The notes beneath the pieces are model-generated. The model made no database searches. It had not been told where the DNA came from and saw nothing but the letters and a program-made list of their open reading frames with translations. From positions 864,001-928,000 of the forward strand of contig CAXXTH010000017.1 in assembly GCA_963668025.2 (NCBI GenBank): a stretch of DNA of 64,000 bases, written 5' to 3'. A program made the translations under genes and the position numbers. This DNA comes from Candidatus Hydrogenedentota bacterium (GTDB lineage: Bacteria; Hydrogenedentota; Hydrogenedentia; Hydrogenedentales; SLHB01). Every line of letters begins with the position of its first letter. The stretch's first letter is position 1. Shown in pieces: positions 61,644 to 64,000 of the stretch.

Positions 61644-62638
61644 CAGGCCTGGCCCTTCCTCCGAATGAAAAACCGCCAGACACCTATCGCCATGCCCGAC
61701 GCCCGCGCCAAATCGCGCAGAAACGCCACATCGCCGAATTCCAGCAGTTTTAAACTGCCCGTGCGCCGCACCATCCGCAATGGCATGGGCAGGCGAAGGG
61801 CCAAATACAGGAGCGATACCAATCCGCCAATGGCCGTATACAGGAGCAGAAGGCTTTTCGGGAGTAGAAACGCCGCCGGGAGGAACACGAGGAACGCCAG
61901 AAACAGGACCGATAACGGCGGCGCGGCGAAATCGGCCAGCCCCGCATAGCGGTCGCCCCGGGCGCGTTTGGGATGTTTAGCGTACAGCTTCATCCGCCAG
62001 AATCCATGGCGCATCTGCGTGCATAAGTACGAGCCCAAGCGCGTGGGATGGTGATGGGCCACGATGGCCAGGGGCGCATACCGCAGCCGCCAGCCTGCAT
62101 CAGCAAGGCGGTAAGCCAAGTCGTTGTCTTCGCCCGATGCGGCGCGGAAGTGCTCATCGAATCCGCCGGTGGCCTCGAGGGCCGTGCGGCGGTACATCAC
62201 ATTGAACGAACCCAGAAAATCCACTTCAGGGCCGAACCGGGCATGCCGGATGGCGATTTCTTCTTGGATCATGCGCGCCAGGAGATGCTTGGGATTGGCG
62301 ATGGCGTATGTGCCGCCCACGCCGCCCACGCCATCTTCGAAACCTTCCAGCAGGCGGCTAATCCAATCATGCCCGGGAATGCAGTCCGCATCCGTGAAGG
62401 CGACGAATTCGCCATGGGCCATGCGCCAGCCTTTATTGCGGGCGGCGGCGGGGCCTAAGTGATGCTGTTGCAAGCATTCGGCGGCAAACGACCGGGCGAC
62501 TTCGGCGGTGTCATCCGTGGAGCCATCATCGACCACGATGATCTCGGCTGCATTTTGCGATTGCTGGACACAGGCATCCAGGCATGCCGCGAGGGTATTT
62601 CCAGCGTTATATGCGGGGATGACAATGGAAACGAGCAT
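61643..62638 (-). CDS. Glycosyltransferase family 2
   Basis: VIPAYNA, VDDGSTD, GPAAARNKG, FTDADC, GGFDE, GEDNDL; C-terminal TMs. Confidence 0.93.
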   Translation of the reverse strand: MLVSIVIPAYNAGNTLAACLDACVQQSQNAAEIIVVDDGSTDDTAEVARSFAAECLQQHHLGPAAARNKGWRMAHGEFVAFTDADCIPGHDWISRLLEGFEDGVGGVGGTYAIANPKHLLARMIQEEIAIRHARFGPEVDFLGSFNVMYRRTALEATGGFDEHFRAASGEDNDLAYRLADAGWRLRYAPLAIVAHHHPTRLGSYLCTQMRHGFWRMKLYAKHPKRARGDRYAGLADFAAPPLSVLFLAFLVFLPAAFLLPKSLLLLYTAIGGLVSLLYLALRLPMPLRMVRRTGSLKLLEFGDVAFLRDLARASGMAIGVWRFFIRRKGQA

Positions 62639-62677
62639 GCGTATTCACCCCTCTACGGATATTCCGGGCCGCCGCAT

Positions 62678-63262
62678 TTACCACAGCTTATTTTCTTCGC
62701 CTCGAAATATCCGCTGGATATTGCTTCGATGTTTGACGATGACCAATACCGCCACGAGTATCGCCACAATGCGCAAGGTCCAGCCGTATGGCATCGCGAC
62801 AACCGATATGGCCAGCGCCAGCGCCGCCAGGCAAGAGCCCGCACTCACCATATGAGTGGCCGCCACCACGAGAATAAATACAAGCGCCGCGATCAACATG
62901 GGCCCGGGGCACAATCCCAGGAATACGCCTGCGCTCGTGGCCACGCCTTTGCCGCCGCGAAACCGGACAAACACCGAGAAGGTGTGCCCAAGAATCGCCG
63001 CCACGCCGCACGCCAAAGGCGCCCATTCATACGGCGCAAACCGGGCGAACAGCACGACGGGCAGGTAACCTTTGGTTATATCCAATAGCAAGGCGGCGGC
63101 CCCGAGGGGTTTGCCGAGGACGCGCAACGTATTGGTGGCTCCGATGTTGCGGCTGCCATGCTCGCGGATGTCAATCCCCTTGAAGCGCAGGCCCAGCCAT
63201 AAGCCGAAGGGGCATGCGCCCAACAAATACGAGCAGGCCAAAGCGGCGAAGGCCGCGATCAT
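62678..63262 (-). CDS. plsY: Glycerol-3-phosphate acyltransferase PlsY
   Basis: DIREHGSRNIGATN, DITKG, GHTFS..FRGGKGVAT, KHRSNIQR. Confidence 0.96.
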   Translation of the reverse strand: MIAAFAALACSYLLGACPFGLWLGLRFKGIDIREHGSRNIGATNTLRVLGKPLGAAALLLDITKGYLPVVLFARFAPYEWAPLACGVAAILGHTFSVFVRFRGGKGVATSAGVFLGLCPGPMLIAALVFILVVAATHMVSAGSCLAALALAISVVAMPYGWTLRIVAILVAVLVIVKHRSNIQRIFRGEENKLW

Positions 63263-64000
63263 GCTTCTTCCTCCTCGCTTTCGGTGCGTTTTGTACGCGG
63301 GCCGCGCGCAGGGCGTTCCGTTTTCTCTTCCCGCACTTCGAGCGTGAGGGGCACGCCGTCGAAACCATACTTCTCGCGCAATTGGTTTTCGATATACCGC
63401 AAATAACTGAAGTGGAACAAACGCTTCTGATTGACGAATAGCACGAACGTTGTAGGCCGCACGCCCGCTTGAGTGACGTATAATATCTTGGCGCGCTTGC
63501 CTTTGTGCATGGCCGTCGGCAAATCCTGCTTGAGGCTCTCGACGAAACGGTTCAATTCGCCCGTGCCCACGCGGAACCGGGCCATGCCCGCCACGCGGTC
63601 GATATATTCGAAAATCGAAAACAGGCGCTGGCGAGTCAGATTCGAGATGGTGACATACGGCACGTATTTAAGGAAGGGCGCTTTAAGCTCCATCTCGCTT
63701 GCGATGGATTTAAACTTCGCTTCTTTATCCTCGATCAGATCCCATTTGGTCCATACCAAGATCATGGCCGTGCCCTGCTGGCGCACATACTCGCAGATCC
63801 GCTTATCTTGTTCGGATAGGCCGTCGGTGGCATCCATCATGATGAGACACACATCCGCCCGGCGGATGCTCCGCAGCGAGCGGGCCACACTGTAGCGCTC
63901 GACTTCCCGCGTAATGCCTGCTTTGCGCCGCAAGCCCGCCGTATCAATGAATAAATATTCCTTGTCTTGCCAGGTGAACTCGATATCCAGGGCGTCGCGC
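63259..64000 (-). CDS. der: Ribosome biogenesis GTPase Der, C-terminal part (start lies beyond the window)
   Basis: RDALDI..FIDTAGLRRK, TKWDL, KILYVTQ..PTTFVLF, YLRYIENQLREKYGFDGVP. Confidence 0.95.
   Translation of the reverse strand, partial: RDALDIEFTWQDKEYLFIDTAGLRRKAGITREVERYSVARSLRSIRRADVCLIMMDATDGLSEQDKRICEYVRQQGTAMILVWTKWDLIEDKEAKFKSIASEMELKAPFLKYVPYVTISNLTRQRLFSIFEYIDRVAGMARFRVGTGELNRFVESLKQDLPTAMHKGKRAKILYVTQAGVRPTTFVLFVNQKRLFHFSYLRYIENQLREKYGFDGVPLTLEVREEKTERPARGPRTKRTESEEEEA

Overview
64 kb of chromosome from a diderm bacterium of moderately high GC. My unverified impression from gene style is a Hydrogenedentota-like lineage. Most of it is housekeeping: polA, rho, mutY, trxB, mntP, ftsY, ispH, ssrA/tmRNA, ppdK, ilvC, a DtxR-feoA-feoB iron locus, plsY, der, a TRAP transporter, a Gld-type ABC operon with HtrA, and GT2 genes. 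Mobile or accessory DNA comprises a complete class C group II intron inserted behind a terminator, a complete ISKra4 with 8-bp target duplication just past tmRNA, a scrambled IS1634 relic and a lone AIPR gene. A tmRNA-proximal island carries a MuF-motif/barnase-barstar pair, GxxExxY pseudogenes, an odd nucleotidyltransferase-like gene and a SWIM-SNF2 helicase. Three genes are split by +1 homopolymer frameshifts, probably sequencing errors. Best candidates for undescribed biology: (1) a promoter-to-terminator structured ~230-nt transcript at 58.97-59.20 kb that also holds a Pro-rich 33-aa ORF; (2) a 53-aa leader/core-like Trp-rich peptide upstream of the ABC/DUF4340/HtrA operon; (3) inverted triple 8-9-mer repeats that bracket the GxxExxY gene and recur gene-less in intergenic regions; (4) a sigma28-driven, signal-less acidic protein. 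All calls come from reading motifs by eye; no searches were run.
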